Below are positions 9,647 to 21,686 of a DNA stretch of 64,000 nucleotides, piece after piece (the first letter of the stretch is position 1; the number at the start of each line of letters is the position of its first letter). Source of the stretch: an uncultured Phycisphaerales bacterium. Its GTDB lineage: Bacteria > Planctomycetota > Phycisphaerae > Tepidisphaerales > Tepidisphaeraceae. A program made the position numbers and the translations under genes. The stretch covers positions 1 through 64,000 of the forward strand of contig CAVWLP010000001.1 in assembly GCA_963755915.1 (NCBI GenBank), read 5' to 3'. The notes beneath the pieces are model-generated. The model did no database searches, was not told where the DNA came from, and saw nothing but the letters and a program-made list of their open reading frames with translations.

Positions 9647-12600
9647 TTATTTGCCGTTCGTATTCGCCACCGCCTCGGCCAAATCCCCGGCGCGCATTCC
9701 ATTGGCCCGCATTCCCGACAGCATGTTGTACTGGAACGCGACCTGCGCCTCCTTATAGCTGAGGCCCAGCGTCGCCAGGCTGCCGCGCACCTGCCGCAGG
9801 GCGACCAGGTCGGCATAAGCACCGCCGGCGGAGGAGGTCGTCGCGCAATACTGCGCGAAGCCCGCACCGGTCAGGTCCTGTCCGCCGTTCTGCGTGGCGT
9901 AGGCATCCCAGGCGCCTTGAATGTCCGAGGCCATCTGCTGCTTGCGCGCCTGCGGATCGGTCCCGAAGGCCTGGTTATACGCCTTCAGGAAAATCTGCAC
10001 CTGGGCCGGATCCAACCGCGGCGTCGCCGCCTTGTAATCCGACGGCTTGGGCCGCGGGCGCTGCGGAACGTCTTCGTAAACCACCATCGTCCCGGTGGCG
10101 TCGACAATCTCTTCCGTCGTCACGTCGCGCGTATAAAGCCCGGTATCCTTCAGATCCTGCTCCTGGATCGGACCCGGATACGTGGCCTGGAATGCCACCT
10201 TGAAATCGGTCGGCACGTTGCCCGCCGTCAACCACTGCTGCGGATAAGCCCCGGCGATGGGATAATCAAATGGACCGGGAATCGGCGGCACAAAGCTGGG
10301 AATCGACGAGGACGTGAACGTGGAAGGCGAATAATCGATCAGTAGATTGTCCGACCCGAAGATGGTGCTGGGCGAGAAGAGCCCGATGAACGAGTAGGCG
10401 GTATTGAGCCGCCCGGCGATGCTGGCGATATTCGACGCCGGATTGAAGGAGTTAGCCACAAATCCCGGATCGTCGATTGCCCCAACGCCGTTGGACTCCT
10501 TGACGCCGATGTACTGGGCGTTGGCCGGCAGGGAAATCTGCCCCAGCGAAATCAGGTCCATACCACTGTCGACCGTGGCATTGCCGTCGGTCGTCGGCCC
10601 GCGAAGCATGAACCGGACCGTTGAAGCCTCCAGCGACATATTCCCCGTCGTGCTGATATCGCCCGTCTGGATCGTTCCGCCGTTGACGTTGATATCCAGC
10701 GGCCCAAAGACCGCCAGCTTTTCGTTGGTGCCCACGGCAAAGGTATTGGCCGAATTGGCCGCCTGCCCGGCGCCGATTTCGATCGACAGCGGGCCAAAGG
10801 AATCGATGGTCGAGTCGATCGACGAGAAATTCCGCGGGCTGGGATTCTGATCGTTCACCTCAAAGGTTCCCCCCGAGGCGATGTTGATCGTCGTCGCCGG
10901 CTGCTGCTCCGGATATGGGTTGGGCAAAAATCCCGTGCCCCAGCGAATGCCGACAAGCCCCAGTTGTCCCGGGAACAGATTCATATACGCCACCGGCGTG
11001 ACGTTGCCGACGTCGTTGTTGATGCGAATGGTGTCATCATTGACACCTTCCATGAAGACCGATAGTCCGGACGGCCCTTCGATGGCCCCGTCAAATTCGA
11101 CTTTCTGCGAGTTGGTGCTGACGTCTTCCACCGTACTGATGCCGGTCAGTTCCAGCGTGCCGCCGAAGACCACGTCGCCGTTGGAGAAGACGACTCCATT
11201 GAGGGTTGTCGTCGGCGCCGCGGAGTTGTTTCCCGCTACGGTCAGCGTCCCAATCGGCGTCGAAGTCGAGCCCAGGTTTCCCGACAGGCTCACCACCCCC
11301 GAGGAATTAATTGTCAGCGGCGAAGTCGTCCCGGAATTCACCAGCACCGTGCCAATCGTGACGTTTCCACCGGTGATCGTCGCGGCTCCGCCGTTCAGCG
11401 CCAGTGCCCCGCTGGCGAACGTCAGCGGCACCGCGGGATTCACGGTGATCGTCCCGGTCAGCACCACTCCGGTTCCCGCGCCGTAATCAAATTGCAGCGG
11501 GCTCGTGCTGGCAGCCCAGTTGATGTCCCCGTCAATGTCGATGGCGTCGTTGGGCACAGTGATCACAAACCCATTCGGATTGGTGTTGGCGACGCCCCCG
11601 TCGGTCACCACACCACCCGAGACGATGTCGAACTCAGGCGAATTGGTGATGAAGCTTCCGCCGCCGGTGCTGACGGTCGAGCCGATCTCCAGCTCGTTGT
11701 TGGCCGAAATGCTTACCTCGCCGCCGTTGGTGGCGATATTGCCGCTTCCCGCGGCGGTGAAGGTATCGCCGGCGTCTGCGAAAAATTCACCGCCGCCGGT
11801 GATGATCGGGCTGCCGACGGTGATTAGCCCTTGATCCGGGGCGGTGTCCATCGAGACGGCGCCGCCGTTGGAGGTAATGTTACCCCCCTGACTTTGCGTA
11901 ATCGACGAGGCGTTGAGGGTGACGGCGCCGTGGGTGACGATCGGGCCCTGCAGGATCATAGCGCCCGGCGTCACGCCAAGGCCGGTGACGGTGGTTGCAT
12001 TGGTATTCAATGAGAAAGTCAGCGCCGTCACCGAGCCGGTGCTGGCCGTGCCGGTGACCATGGTGTAGTTGCCGCCGTCGGTGACGAACGCGCCGGAAAT
12101 GTCGATCGGCGCGTTGATCTCCACGTTGGCGGAACTGCCCGATGTATCAATCCGGACCGGCAGGGGCGTCGCGTCGGTGGAAGTGATCGGCGCGTCAATC
12201 TGAATGTCGGAGGCGCCGACGATGGTGATCGACCGCCCGGTCCCACCGGCCCAGGTAATCGCGCCTCCAAACGTGAAGGTCGTGCCGTCTGCCGCATCCA
12301 CCGCGGGCGTCTCCACTGAAAATGCCCCGTTTGCCAGCGCCTGCCCACCGTCGGTGATTGACCCGGTGCCCGTGAAGGCAACGGTCGAAATCGTAAACGC
12401 CCCGCCGACGGTATCGATGGCTGAGTTAAACTGCACGCCCTCGGTGGTGCTCGTGTTTGTCGTCACGGTCAGCGCGCCGCCGCCGGTGTTGATCGTCCCG
12501 TTGTCTTCGGCCGTGAACTCGGCGCAGTTGGGCACGTCGAACGCTCCGCCGCCCGTGTTCACCGCTGCGCCGATGGAAATTTCGCCCGTGTTGTTGATCA

Positions 12601-15600
12601 CGTACGCGCCGCCGTGCGTCGTGACCGTGCCAGATTCATTTTCCGTAAATTCCGCCGTCCCGCCGACTGTCAACGCCCCGGTGGTGACGATCGGCCCGGA
12701 GAATTGCACCGCCCCGTTGGTGACGGCCGTGCCGCCGGGCGTCGCCGTCGCGGTGTTGATGCTGGCGGTCGTTGCGGTCAGGATCGTCGGCGCGGGCGTC
12801 TCCGAGGGCTCGCCGATCGTGAACGATCCACCCGCCGAGGTAAACGCGCCGTTGTTGGTGTCTATCACGCCATTCACGTCGATCGCGGAAGCGGATCCCG
12901 TGGTGTAAAGCGAAATCGGCAGTGCGCCCGAGCCGCTTTCGGTGATGCTGCCGGTGGTCGAGATATCGATATTGGCGCCCCCTTCAATGAGAACCGAGCG
13001 CCCGGTTCCACCGGTCCAGATGATCGCGGCATTCAGGGCGATGGGCCCGGTGCTGGCGGTGGTGTTGACCGTGAAAGCGTCATTCGACGGCGGCGACGCA
13101 AGCCCGCCGTCGGTAATCATCCCGCTATCGGAAAAACTGAACCCCGTGACGTTGAACGCCCCGCCGCCCGTGTTGACGGTTTCGCCAATGCTCACCCCTA
13201 GAGTGCTGGAGAGGGCGACGCTCCCGCCGCTGGTTGTGATCGTTCCCAGAGTGGTCGTGCTGGTGGCTCCGGTGGTGAACTCGGAGCTCATCGTCGCGGT
13301 GAGATTCCCGCCGCCGGTCGCAACCGGCGCGTCGATCGTGACGGTTCCCGTATTCGTAATGGTTATTGCACCGGTGGAAGCAAGCGACCCCGACCCTCCG
13401 GTGGTGAAGCTCGTGATTCCCCCCACCGAAATCGTACCGGTGCTGACGATCGGCCCGTTGATCGACACCGTGCCGTTCGACACGGCGGCCCCACCCGGAA
13501 TCGCCGTCGCGGTGTTGATCGTGATCGACGAAGCCGCAATGATCGTTGGCGCGGGGGTCGCATTCGGATTTCCCACCGAGAAATTTCCGCCGGCGCTGAT
13601 AAACGGCCCGGTTGTGCTGATGATCCCATTGACGGCGACCGAGTCGTCGCTCGCGGTCGAGTAAAGCGAAATCGGCAGCGCCCCGCCCGACGTCGCAGAA
13701 ATGCTCCCGGTGGCGGCGATGGTGATCGGCCCGCCGGCCTCCAAGAGGACCGCGCGATTGGCGGCGAACGTCCAGGCGATGGGCGAGGAAATCGAAATCG
13801 CGCCGGTGCCGCCGCCAGGAGTGGTGGTATTCACCGACATCGTTCCCGCGCCAGTCCCAATGCCTCCGTCCGTAATCTCCGCTGTTTCCGTGAAGCTCTC
13901 ACACGTGGCGGTAAAGGCGCCGCCGTTGGTATTAATCTCATCGCCCACGGTCACGGCTCCCGAGGGAGGCGTCAGATTCACCGCCCCGCCGGTCGTCGTA
14001 ATCGTTCCACCGGTCAAGGACGTGAACGAAAGCCCGTTGCTGGTAAACGATCCCGTTCCCGTGGTAACCGCCGCGGCCAGCGACACCGGCCCCGTCGGAT
14101 CCAGAACCACATTTCCGCCCGCGCTGCTGATCGTTCCGCCGGCCGTCGTCGTAAACGAAATCCCGGCGCCGGTGATCGGCCCGCCTCCGGAACTGAGCGC
14201 CCCCGCAATCGACGTCGAGGCCGTCGGCGAGATATCAATCGCCCCGCCCGCCGTCGTAATCGACCCGCCGGTAACCACGCTGAACGTACTCCCCCCGCCG
14301 GTGAACGATCCGCCGCCCGTCGTGATCGCATCGCCGATCGAAACGGCTCCCGAAGGCTGAATCGCCACCGTGCCCGTCCCGCTCGTCGTAATGGTTCCCC
14401 CGGTCGTCGAAGTAAAGGTGGTCCCTCCCAGCACGATGTTCCCGCCGCTGGCGAGCAGCGCCCCCGAAATGCTCACCGAGCCCGTTGTCACCGACGTTGC
14501 CCCGATCGTCGTCGTCCCCGAGGCGATCTTAATGCTCTGGGCCGTTATCCCCACGCTCGAAATCACATTTCCGCCCAAAATTGTGAAGCTTCCATTCGTT
14601 GATATCGGTGTCGTATTCAGCGTAACAGTCCCCGCCGTGCTGTTCAGCTCGTCCAGCTCCACCGTCAACGCCGCGGCTGAGCCGGCGGCAACGCTTATCC
14701 CGCCGCTCAGCGTCATCAAATTATTCGCCTGAAACGTCAGCGTCGCCGCAGTGGCCATTGTCACCGAGATCAATGCGTCCGCATCCTGAGTGAGATTCCC
14801 CAGATCCCCGCCCACGTTCTGATTGTTGGTTTGAACCGTTACGCTGGTCCCAGTGGCCAGCGCCGCTGCGATATCCCCCGCCGCCACCGTCGGTCCGTCA
14901 AACGTTCCGTTCCCCGTCCCTTGCACGATGTCAATGTCAATCGGGTCCATCAACCATGTCCCGCCCTCTCCATGCGGTGCTCCCGCATTCGGCGCAGTCC
15001 CGCCAACCGACAGGTATTCCCCCGATGTCTCAATAAACCCGCCATTCCCGCCGCCCGGACCCCCGCGCGGTAAGCGTTGCCGAAGTCTCCGTCGTATTCG
15101 TCGACCACAAAACGACCGTCCCGCCGTTGCCGTTGCTGGTTGCATCTGCGTCAATCGTCGTATTCGAATCCGCCGAGACATACTGCGACTGATCGAGGCC
15201 CGCTGCCCCATGCTCCAGCCCACCGACGTAAATTTCTCCGCCCCCCGCCGGGCCGGTCGCATCAATCGTCGCCCCGGTCAGTTCAACCTGCCCGCCGGTA
15301 ATCTCCACCGTCCCCCCGCTCGTCCCCGGCGTGGTGGACGACGCATTGATCGACCCCGAAACCTGCACCTGCCCCCCGCCTCCGTTGATGAGCACATTAT
15401 TCGCCACGATCGACCCCGTGTGCCGGATCGCCATCGAATAGACATCTCCCGCCGCCATCGGCGACGACCGCAAATCCGCCGCGCGCTGCTCCCGCGCTTC
15501 CGCTCGAAGCATTCGCCAGCGGAATCACCTTCGCCACGATATGACTGTCTTCCTCTCCCAGCAGCACGTCCGACCCCGCCACCATCGCCACCAATCCGCC

Positions 15601-16128
15601 CGGCGCGACGATCGTCCCCTGGTTCAAAACCTGCGACCCGACCAGATACACCCCGTTGGCACTAATCTGCCCGCTATTTGAAACCATCCCGGCAACGCCC
15701 GTGAAATGGTTATTCCCCGCCAGGAAATCCTGGTTGGAAATATACGCCCCCGCAGCGTAAATCTGGTTGACGTTGATGACCGCCCCCGGCCCAAAAATCA
15801 CCCCGGCCGGATTCACCAGGTAAACCGTCCCGTTGGAAATCAGCGACCCGTTAATCGCCGACGGCGCCGCCGAGTTGATCCGATTCAGCTCCCGGCTCGC
15901 CGCATTCGGCTGAATGAAATCGACGGTGCTCCCGATCGGAATATTAAACTGCGAAAAATTCAAAATCGCATTGTTGCTCGTCCGGATATTCGTCACCGAC
16001 CCCCGCTGCGAAATCGCCGCCGTCCCGGCCGCAACGCCGCTAAGCTGCACCGCTGCCCGCCCGCAAACCGGCGCCAACGCCGCCGCGATCGGCGCAATCG
16101 CCCCCAGCAGCATCATCCGCGCACGCAT
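9647..16128 (-). CDS. Filamentous haemagglutinin-like TpsA exoprotein (~2150 aa; frameshifts near 15500 and 15060)
   Basis: Signal peptide, then TPS domain (NFSQFNI, FIQP, LNRI, VYLVNPAGVIFG), GGxGGFIETSG and WLMDPIDI motifs, long Gly/Thr beta-helix repeats, and a distinct C-terminal domain. Lies directly downstream of tpsB. Confidence 0.85.
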
Positions 16129-16136
16129 TCCCCGCC

Positions 16137-16180
16137 TCTTCCCCCGCCCCCGGTAATCCGGGGGAGGGCTGGGGAGGGGG
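16137..16180 (-). repeat. REP-like palindrome between tpsB and tpsA
   Basis: Minus strand reads CCCCCTCCCCAGCCCTCCCCCGGATTACCGGGGGCGGGGG, a self-complementary C/G-rich hairpin. Confidence 0.55.
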
Positions 16181-16245
16181 CCGTAGTTTGAAAAACCATC
16201 CATCCGCGCTTCGCTGTGATATTTGCTGATCTTCACGGCTAAACC

Positions 16246-18212
16246 TCAATAAAGAATCGTCACAACCAACGTAAACCGGCTCGTCCCCACTCCCGCGCCG
16301 TTCGTCCCCGCCAATCCCGACAGCACAATCCCCCAGTCGCCACGGATATCGATGTTCTGCCTCACCTGAAGCTCCAGCCCCGCGCCGGCACTGACCAGCG
16401 TATTGTTGTTCTCCCCCGTCACGATCCGGCTCTGAAGCACCTCGCCGGCATCCACGAACCCGCGGGCAATCAGGTCCCAATCGGGCCGCTGATACGGCTG
16501 CTGCGGCACCAACCGGAAGGGCTCCCCGAAAATCGAAACATTGGTCGGATTCGGCGACGCGGACAAAATCCGCCCCAGGTGAAACCGATATTCCGCCGTC
16601 CCCACAAAAACCGTATCCCCGATCGTCGCCGCCTCCGGATAGCCTCTCACCGTGTAAAAACCGCCCGCCGACTGCTCATACTGCGGGATCAACCGGTAAT
16701 TCAGCGCCCACTGCCCACGCAGCGAAAAATACATCTCATTCGCCAGCGTGCTCCGGCCGGCCACAAAATCGTTCGGGTCCACCAGCGGCTCAAGATAAAA
16801 CGACCCGATCCCGCTCGGCTGCAGGATGATCCAATCCTGGTCCGGATTCGCCCGGCCCAGGTCGGCCAGCTCCGCCTTGCTGGTGCTGGTGATTCCCCCC
16901 TGCACGTTCAGCGCGGCCACATAGTTAAACGTCGGTTGATTGTCCTGCACCCTCACGCCGACATAAGGCAGAATGTAATTCCCCGTCTCCGAGCTGTCCG
17001 AAAACTGCGATTTCACCTGCGAGCTCTGATACCTCGCCCCCCCGATGAAATCCCAGAACATGTTGTGCGCCTGGAAGAAATTCCACTCCGCTTCCGCCCC
17101 GCCCGAATAGTCGTTGCCGCTGAAGGAGTTGTTCTGCACCCCCAGGTCCGCCGCCTCGTACTGGTCCCAAAGCCCATAGATCCGCACCCGCAGCCCATAG
17201 GTCCCGAATGCCGGATCATCCGCCAGCAGCGGAAGCTCATACGACCCCGTCACATTCGTCGATTTCTCGAAATCTGTCACCCCATCGACATTGATAATGT
17301 CGTCATTCCCCGTCAGTTGATCGTCCGTAAACCCAAACCTCTCCCGCCATTCCCCGGTGAGCGGAGTCCCCGTATTCGAAGTCTGTGCATACACGTACCA
17401 CGGCTTGGTCTCATTCACGAGATAATCCAGCGTATACTGGTCCGGCTCATCTGCCGCCGATATCGCCACGTCCACGCGCCGCCCCGGCTGCCGATCCAGC
17501 CGATCCACATAATCGTTCACCGCCACCTGATTAAAAAACGGTGTCGAATGCTTCGAAGGCTCCGTCGTCGCCTGCACCGGTGAATTATGAACGATCCGCT
17601 TCAATGCCGGATTATCGATCCGATGGTTCGAGGCAATCCGATCCCCCGACGCGATCGTCCTCACCTGCCCCGCCGTCGGCACTGACACCAGAATGTGCAG
17701 CGTCCCCTTCTTCCGAAACCGCAGATCGCTCAAATCCTGCGGATCGATATCCGTCGGGCTCGGCACCGCCAGCACCGCCCCATACCCCCGCGCGTTCAGC
17801 CCCGCCACAATCCCCTTATCGATCGCCAGGATCGCCCCTTCGCTGAACTGCACGACCCTTCCAGGTTCAACTCCGCGATCTTCCTCTGCGCCGTTGGAAT
17901 ATTTTTCCCCGGCGCGACATACCCCTCCGACGACTGGCCCAGCACAACCTCGGTATCCCCGATGATCGCATCCAGGTTCGCCTGAAACGCCGGATCGGCC
18001 GTAGGCTGCCCTTCCCGCGTCTCAAACACCGGCGAAAAATAATCGATGTCGTAAAACTTCTCCGTAGGCGCCTCGGTGCCGCTGGAATTGTCATCCCCTC
18101 GTGCCCTTGACCCGAAAACTCCCGCCCCAACCATCCCTGCCAGGCAGAAAATCGAGAAGCGCCGAATTGTTTTAGACACACGCTGTTTGCAGGGAGCCGG
18201 AAGACTTCGCAT
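16246..18212 (-). CDS. ShlB/FhaC/HecB family TpsB outer-membrane transporter (frameshift near 17855)
   Basis: POTRA-like region (LNARGY), SNTGT...GEWR, LTGNDD, GGFYTVRGYPE (VRGY motif), FVDAG, SAGAGL, and a C-terminal aromatic residue. Confidence 0.85.
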
Positions 18213-18442
18213 GAGATCAGACCCTGTTGGACATACTTTGAAGCGTCAGACGAGAGCCGCCGAAAAAATTTCGCCCCGCCATTACACGTGAACGGATATG
18301 AGAGGTCAAGTGCCGCGTAGAACGGGTGTTAAGGTTGGCAATTTACCCCAAACTCCGCACCCCCATCTCCCGTGTAGCCGCCGCACTTGTGCGGCGCGTC
18401 CCAGGTATTTAATCTCTAGCATAAGTTTCCAGCGTCGAGACT

Positions 18443-19006
18443 ATGCAAAAGGGGAAGACGTTGCCTGTCCGCACCATCGCTCTGCTCGCCGTCGAGCTGA
18501 TCACGATCGTTGTCGGCCTGCTCTACCTCACATCCCTTCTCAATAGCCCCAATCTCCCCACGGATGCATCGACCATCTCAGCCCCCACAACCCAGCCCCA
18601 GGACCTCGTCTTCCGCACCACCCACAGCCGCTACCACCAAACCGGCCACCCCCAGCCCGACGGCTGGGTCGCCACTCCCAACGATCGCATCAACGCCTAC
18701 CTCAACTACGGCCCCTACACCCACCTCGTCCCCTCCGGCCCCGCCGTTGCAACCTTTCGCTTGATGATCGACAACGTCACCGCCGACAACGCCACCGTCC
18801 TCAATCTCGACATCAAGGATAACGCCTCAAAGCAGCAGCTCGCCGACCTTACCCTCACCCGCCACCAGTTCACTCAACCAAACGTCTACCAGGATTTCCA
18901 GATCCCCTTCACCGCCCCGCCCCACGCCAGCCTGGAGTTCCGCACCTGGTACCTGGGCCAGTGCACCGTCACCCAGCAAAGCGTAACCATCCAACCCCAA
19001 AGATAA
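18443..19006 (+). CDS. Membrane-anchored protein with a galactose-binding/CBM-like domain
   Basis: N-terminal TM helix, TTQP linker, and YGPY...ATFRL...YQDF...LEFR jelly-roll-like signature. Genome-typical codon use. Confidence 0.6.
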   Translation: MQKGKTLPVRTIALLAVELITIVVGLLYLTSLLNSPNLPTDASTISAPTTQPQDLVFRTTHSRYHQTGHPQPDGWVATPNDRINAYLNYGPYTHLVPSGPAVATFRLMIDNVTADNATVLNLDIKDNASKQQLADLTLTRHQFTQPNVYQDFQIPFTAPPHASLEFRTWYLGQCTVTQQSVTIQPQR

Positions 19007-19021
19007 CTCCACCCCCGTTTA

Positions 19022-19183
19022 GAAGCTGTTTCATAACCTCCCGCGAGCCGATGCACCGCGGCTGGCGAATGCTGGCAAGGCGCGACGACGAACAATATTG
19101 ACCGGAAATATGGGGAGGAGGAGCAACGCCGCCAGCCTTCCCCAGACGCAAGCAGCGGCCGCGCGAGGTTATGAAACAGCTTC
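19022..19183. mobile_element. MITE (162 bp, non-coding)
   Basis: Perfect 19-bp terminal inverted repeats GAAGCTGTTTCATAACCTC / GAGGTTATGAAACAGCTTC, flanked by TTA on both sides (19019-21, 19184-86), between convergent genes. Confidence 0.8.
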
Positions 19184-19216
19184 TTAGCGGCCGCGTTTAC
19201 CCGGCGTTCTCTGAAT

Positions 19217-20049
19217 TTAGATTCGCCCCTCGGCCGAATCTGATTTGCCCGCAGAATTCGCCGTAATCAGCACCACGGTCTTGGAAACGAGCCACGGTCC
19301 GGCCCTGAGTCGCCCGGCGACCGTTTCAGCAAACATTTGTCTCGCCGCCATCCATTCCTGCTCACTGAACCCCTTCAATGTTCGGCACGAATCAAAATAG
19401 CGAAGCGCAGGCTCCGCCGAATCGAAACGCAATGCCGCCTCGACCCTTGTGACCGCTGCGTTGCCAAAAACATTCTTTATCAGCGAGGGCCCGTTCTGTT
19501 CATTGAATACATCCGATGCCGGAACAACGATCCTGAGCACGTCGGCAATCTGGCCCTTCAACTGATCGGCTGCTTCGCCCAGGGCTTTGCGATAGTCGCC
19601 CATGTTGTCGCGAATATTCGTGACCGCGAGGAAACGGCCGTTGGGCCGCAGCACGCGCAGGGCCTCGCGCAGTGCCGCGGAATGTCCCCGACGTGATACA
19701 GCATGTGCCGCGCGGTGACGACGTCGAACGAGTCGTCGGGAAAGGGAAGAGACTGGGCATCGGCCTGAAGGAATTCGACCCCGGCTCCGGCGGCTTTGGC
19801 TTTGGCGATCATGCCAGGCGATGCATCGATGCCGACAAGCCGCCCCCGATGGCCCGTTCGGCGCAGGCGCTGGGGAAAATCGCCGGGACCGGTTCCAACG
19901 TCGAGAAGGGACTCGTCCGGCTGCAACGCGATGGCTCTATCGATCGCCGGTTCCAGGGGGGGTCCCACTGTGTAACGCTGGTGTGTTTCAATGCGCACGC
20001 GAAGATTTTCGTCGGTCTTGTATTGAGCAGTGAGGTCGTGGTGGACCAT
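19217..20049 (-). CDS. Class I SAM-dependent methyltransferase (frameshift near 19670)
   Basis: LLDVGTGPG, DASPGM, ADAQSLPFPDDSFDVV, HMLYHV, then LRPNGRF in the next frame. Confidence 0.85.
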
Positions 20050-20115
20050 TAAAGCCGAGTTTCCGCCGGGTCGTGGAATGTACCAAGCCGGTGAACGGTT
20101 TCCAGTCTCTGGTTT

Positions 20116-21591
20116 ATGCACTATCTTTCCCACGCGATGCACGCAACCAAACGCGCATGGCTGCTCGCGCTCCTCGTCGCCGCGGTAATCCCCCTCCTCC
20201 CCTCCCTCGCCGCCTCACCCAATCCAAATCCCACCCCCGCCCCAATCATCTACCCCGCCCCTCCCGGCGAGCCCCTCTCCTCCGACTTCACGCTCCAGGC
20301 CAACGATCTCAACGTCCCCGTCTACCTCGCCCGCGTCGTCGCCCTCAGCCCCGAAGACCGCGAAAAACTCCACGGATCCTGGCCTCTCTCCGCCACCACC
20401 CAAACCTCCTTCGCCTCCTTCGACATCGCCGCCCCCACACAAATCTCCATCACCTCCGCCCGACCGATCACCAGCGCCAAAATCCTCCCCACGTCCCTCC
20501 GCCTGACGCCGACCATCGCCTCCCCAACCCAACTCCGCTTCACAATCCCCACCCCCGCCCAGCTCACCATAGAAATCAACGGCGACTGGCTCCACTCCCT
20601 CCACCTCTTCGCCAATCCCATCGACCCCGCCGCCCCCTCCCCCACCGATCCCAACGTCATCTATTTCCCGCCCGGCATCCACGAAATCCCCCTGCTCCAG
20701 ATCGGCTCCAACAAAACCGTCTTCATCGCCGGCGGTGCCGTCCTCTACGGCAAACCCGGAAAACGAATCGGCCCCGCCCTCATCAACCTCATCGGCTCTA
20801 ACATCACCCTCCGCGGCCGCGGCATCATCGACGGCAGCCTTATGCCCCGCCCAAACCCCGGCATCCTCTTCGCCCAGGGCCAAAACATCACCATTCAAGG
20901 CGTCATCCTCCGCGATTCCCCCTCCTGGACCTGCCACCTCGCCCGCTCCGATGACCTCATCGTGAGCAACCTCAAAGTCTTCGGCTGGCGCGGCAACTCC
21001 GACGGCATCGACATCTGCAACAGCCAAAACGTCTCCGTCTCCAACTCCTTCCTCCGCACCTTCGACGACCTGGTCGTCGTCAAAACCAACGACCCCACCG
21101 CCGGCCCCTCGCAAAACATCTCCGTCAAACGCTGCGTCCTCTGGAATGAATTCGCCCACGCCCTCAGCCTCGGCGCCGAACTCCGAACGCCCCTGCAGAA
21201 CATCTCCTTTTCCGATTGCGACATCATCCACGACAAAGGCCGCGAATGGGATTTACGGGTTTACAATTGCGATTCCGCCCCCGTCTCCAACATACTCTTC
21301 AGCAACATAAGAATCGAAGAATCCCGCCGCCTGATCTCTCTATGGATCGGCAAAGCCATCTGGAGCCAACAATCCGACCGCGGCCACATCGACGGCATCA
21401 CCTTCTCCAACATCACGTCGGTCCTCCCCACCCGCCCGGGCTCCGCCGGCGTGGAACTTGTGGGCTTCGACCCCGATCACGCCATCCACAACGTCCGCTT
21501 CGATCACATAACCATCGCCGGCCAACCCCTGCGATTTCAGGACATCCATCAAAACCAGTTTGTTCAGGGAATCACCGTAACCCCCAAATAA
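20116..21591 (+). CDS. Secreted pectin-lyase-fold glycoside hydrolase (GH28/GH49-like)
   Basis: Signal peptide, YFPPGIH, GRGIIDGS, NSDGID, RTFDD and right-handed beta-helix repeats. Start may be 20137. Confidence 0.8.
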   Translation: MHYLSHAMHATKRAWLLALLVAAVIPLLPSLAASPNPNPTPAPIIYPAPPGEPLSSDFTLQANDLNVPVYLARVVALSPEDREKLHGSWPLSATTQTSFASFDIAAPTQISITSARPITSAKILPTSLRLTPTIASPTQLRFTIPTPAQLTIEINGDWLHSLHLFANPIDPAAPSPTDPNVIYFPPGIHEIPLLQIGSNKTVFIAGGAVLYGKPGKRIGPALINLIGSNITLRGRGIIDGSLMPRPNPGILFAQGQNITIQGVILRDSPSWTCHLARSDDLIVSNLKVFGWRGNSDGIDICNSQNVSVSNSFLRTFDDLVVVKTNDPTAGPSQNISVKRCVLWNEFAHALSLGAELRTPLQNISFSDCDIIHDKGREWDLRVYNCDSAPVSNILFSNIRIEESRRLISLWIGKAIWSQQSDRGHIDGITFSNITSVLPTRPGSAGVELVGFDPDHAIHNVRFDHITIAGQPLRFQDIHQNQFVQGITVTPK

Positions 21592-21686
21592 CATCCTCCC
21601 CGCCGAATAGCGCTGGCCTGCGACGGCTCGCGCTTAACGGGAATGGGGCGAATTTTACAAAATTTTACGTTTTTTTACATTTTAAG

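Noticed and set aside
9647-15265. Long repetitive region as a possible CRISPR array or DNA tandem repeat
   Set aside because: The repeats are degenerate protein-level beta-helix units in an open frame, with no identical DNA repeats separated by spacers.
20215-21231. Long antisense or alternative-frame ORFs (also 4163-4981, 4948-5754, 25292-26389, 41711-42730, 48365-49627, 61089-62102)
   Set aside because: These are shadow ORFs of well-supported genes, caused by high GC and third-position bias.
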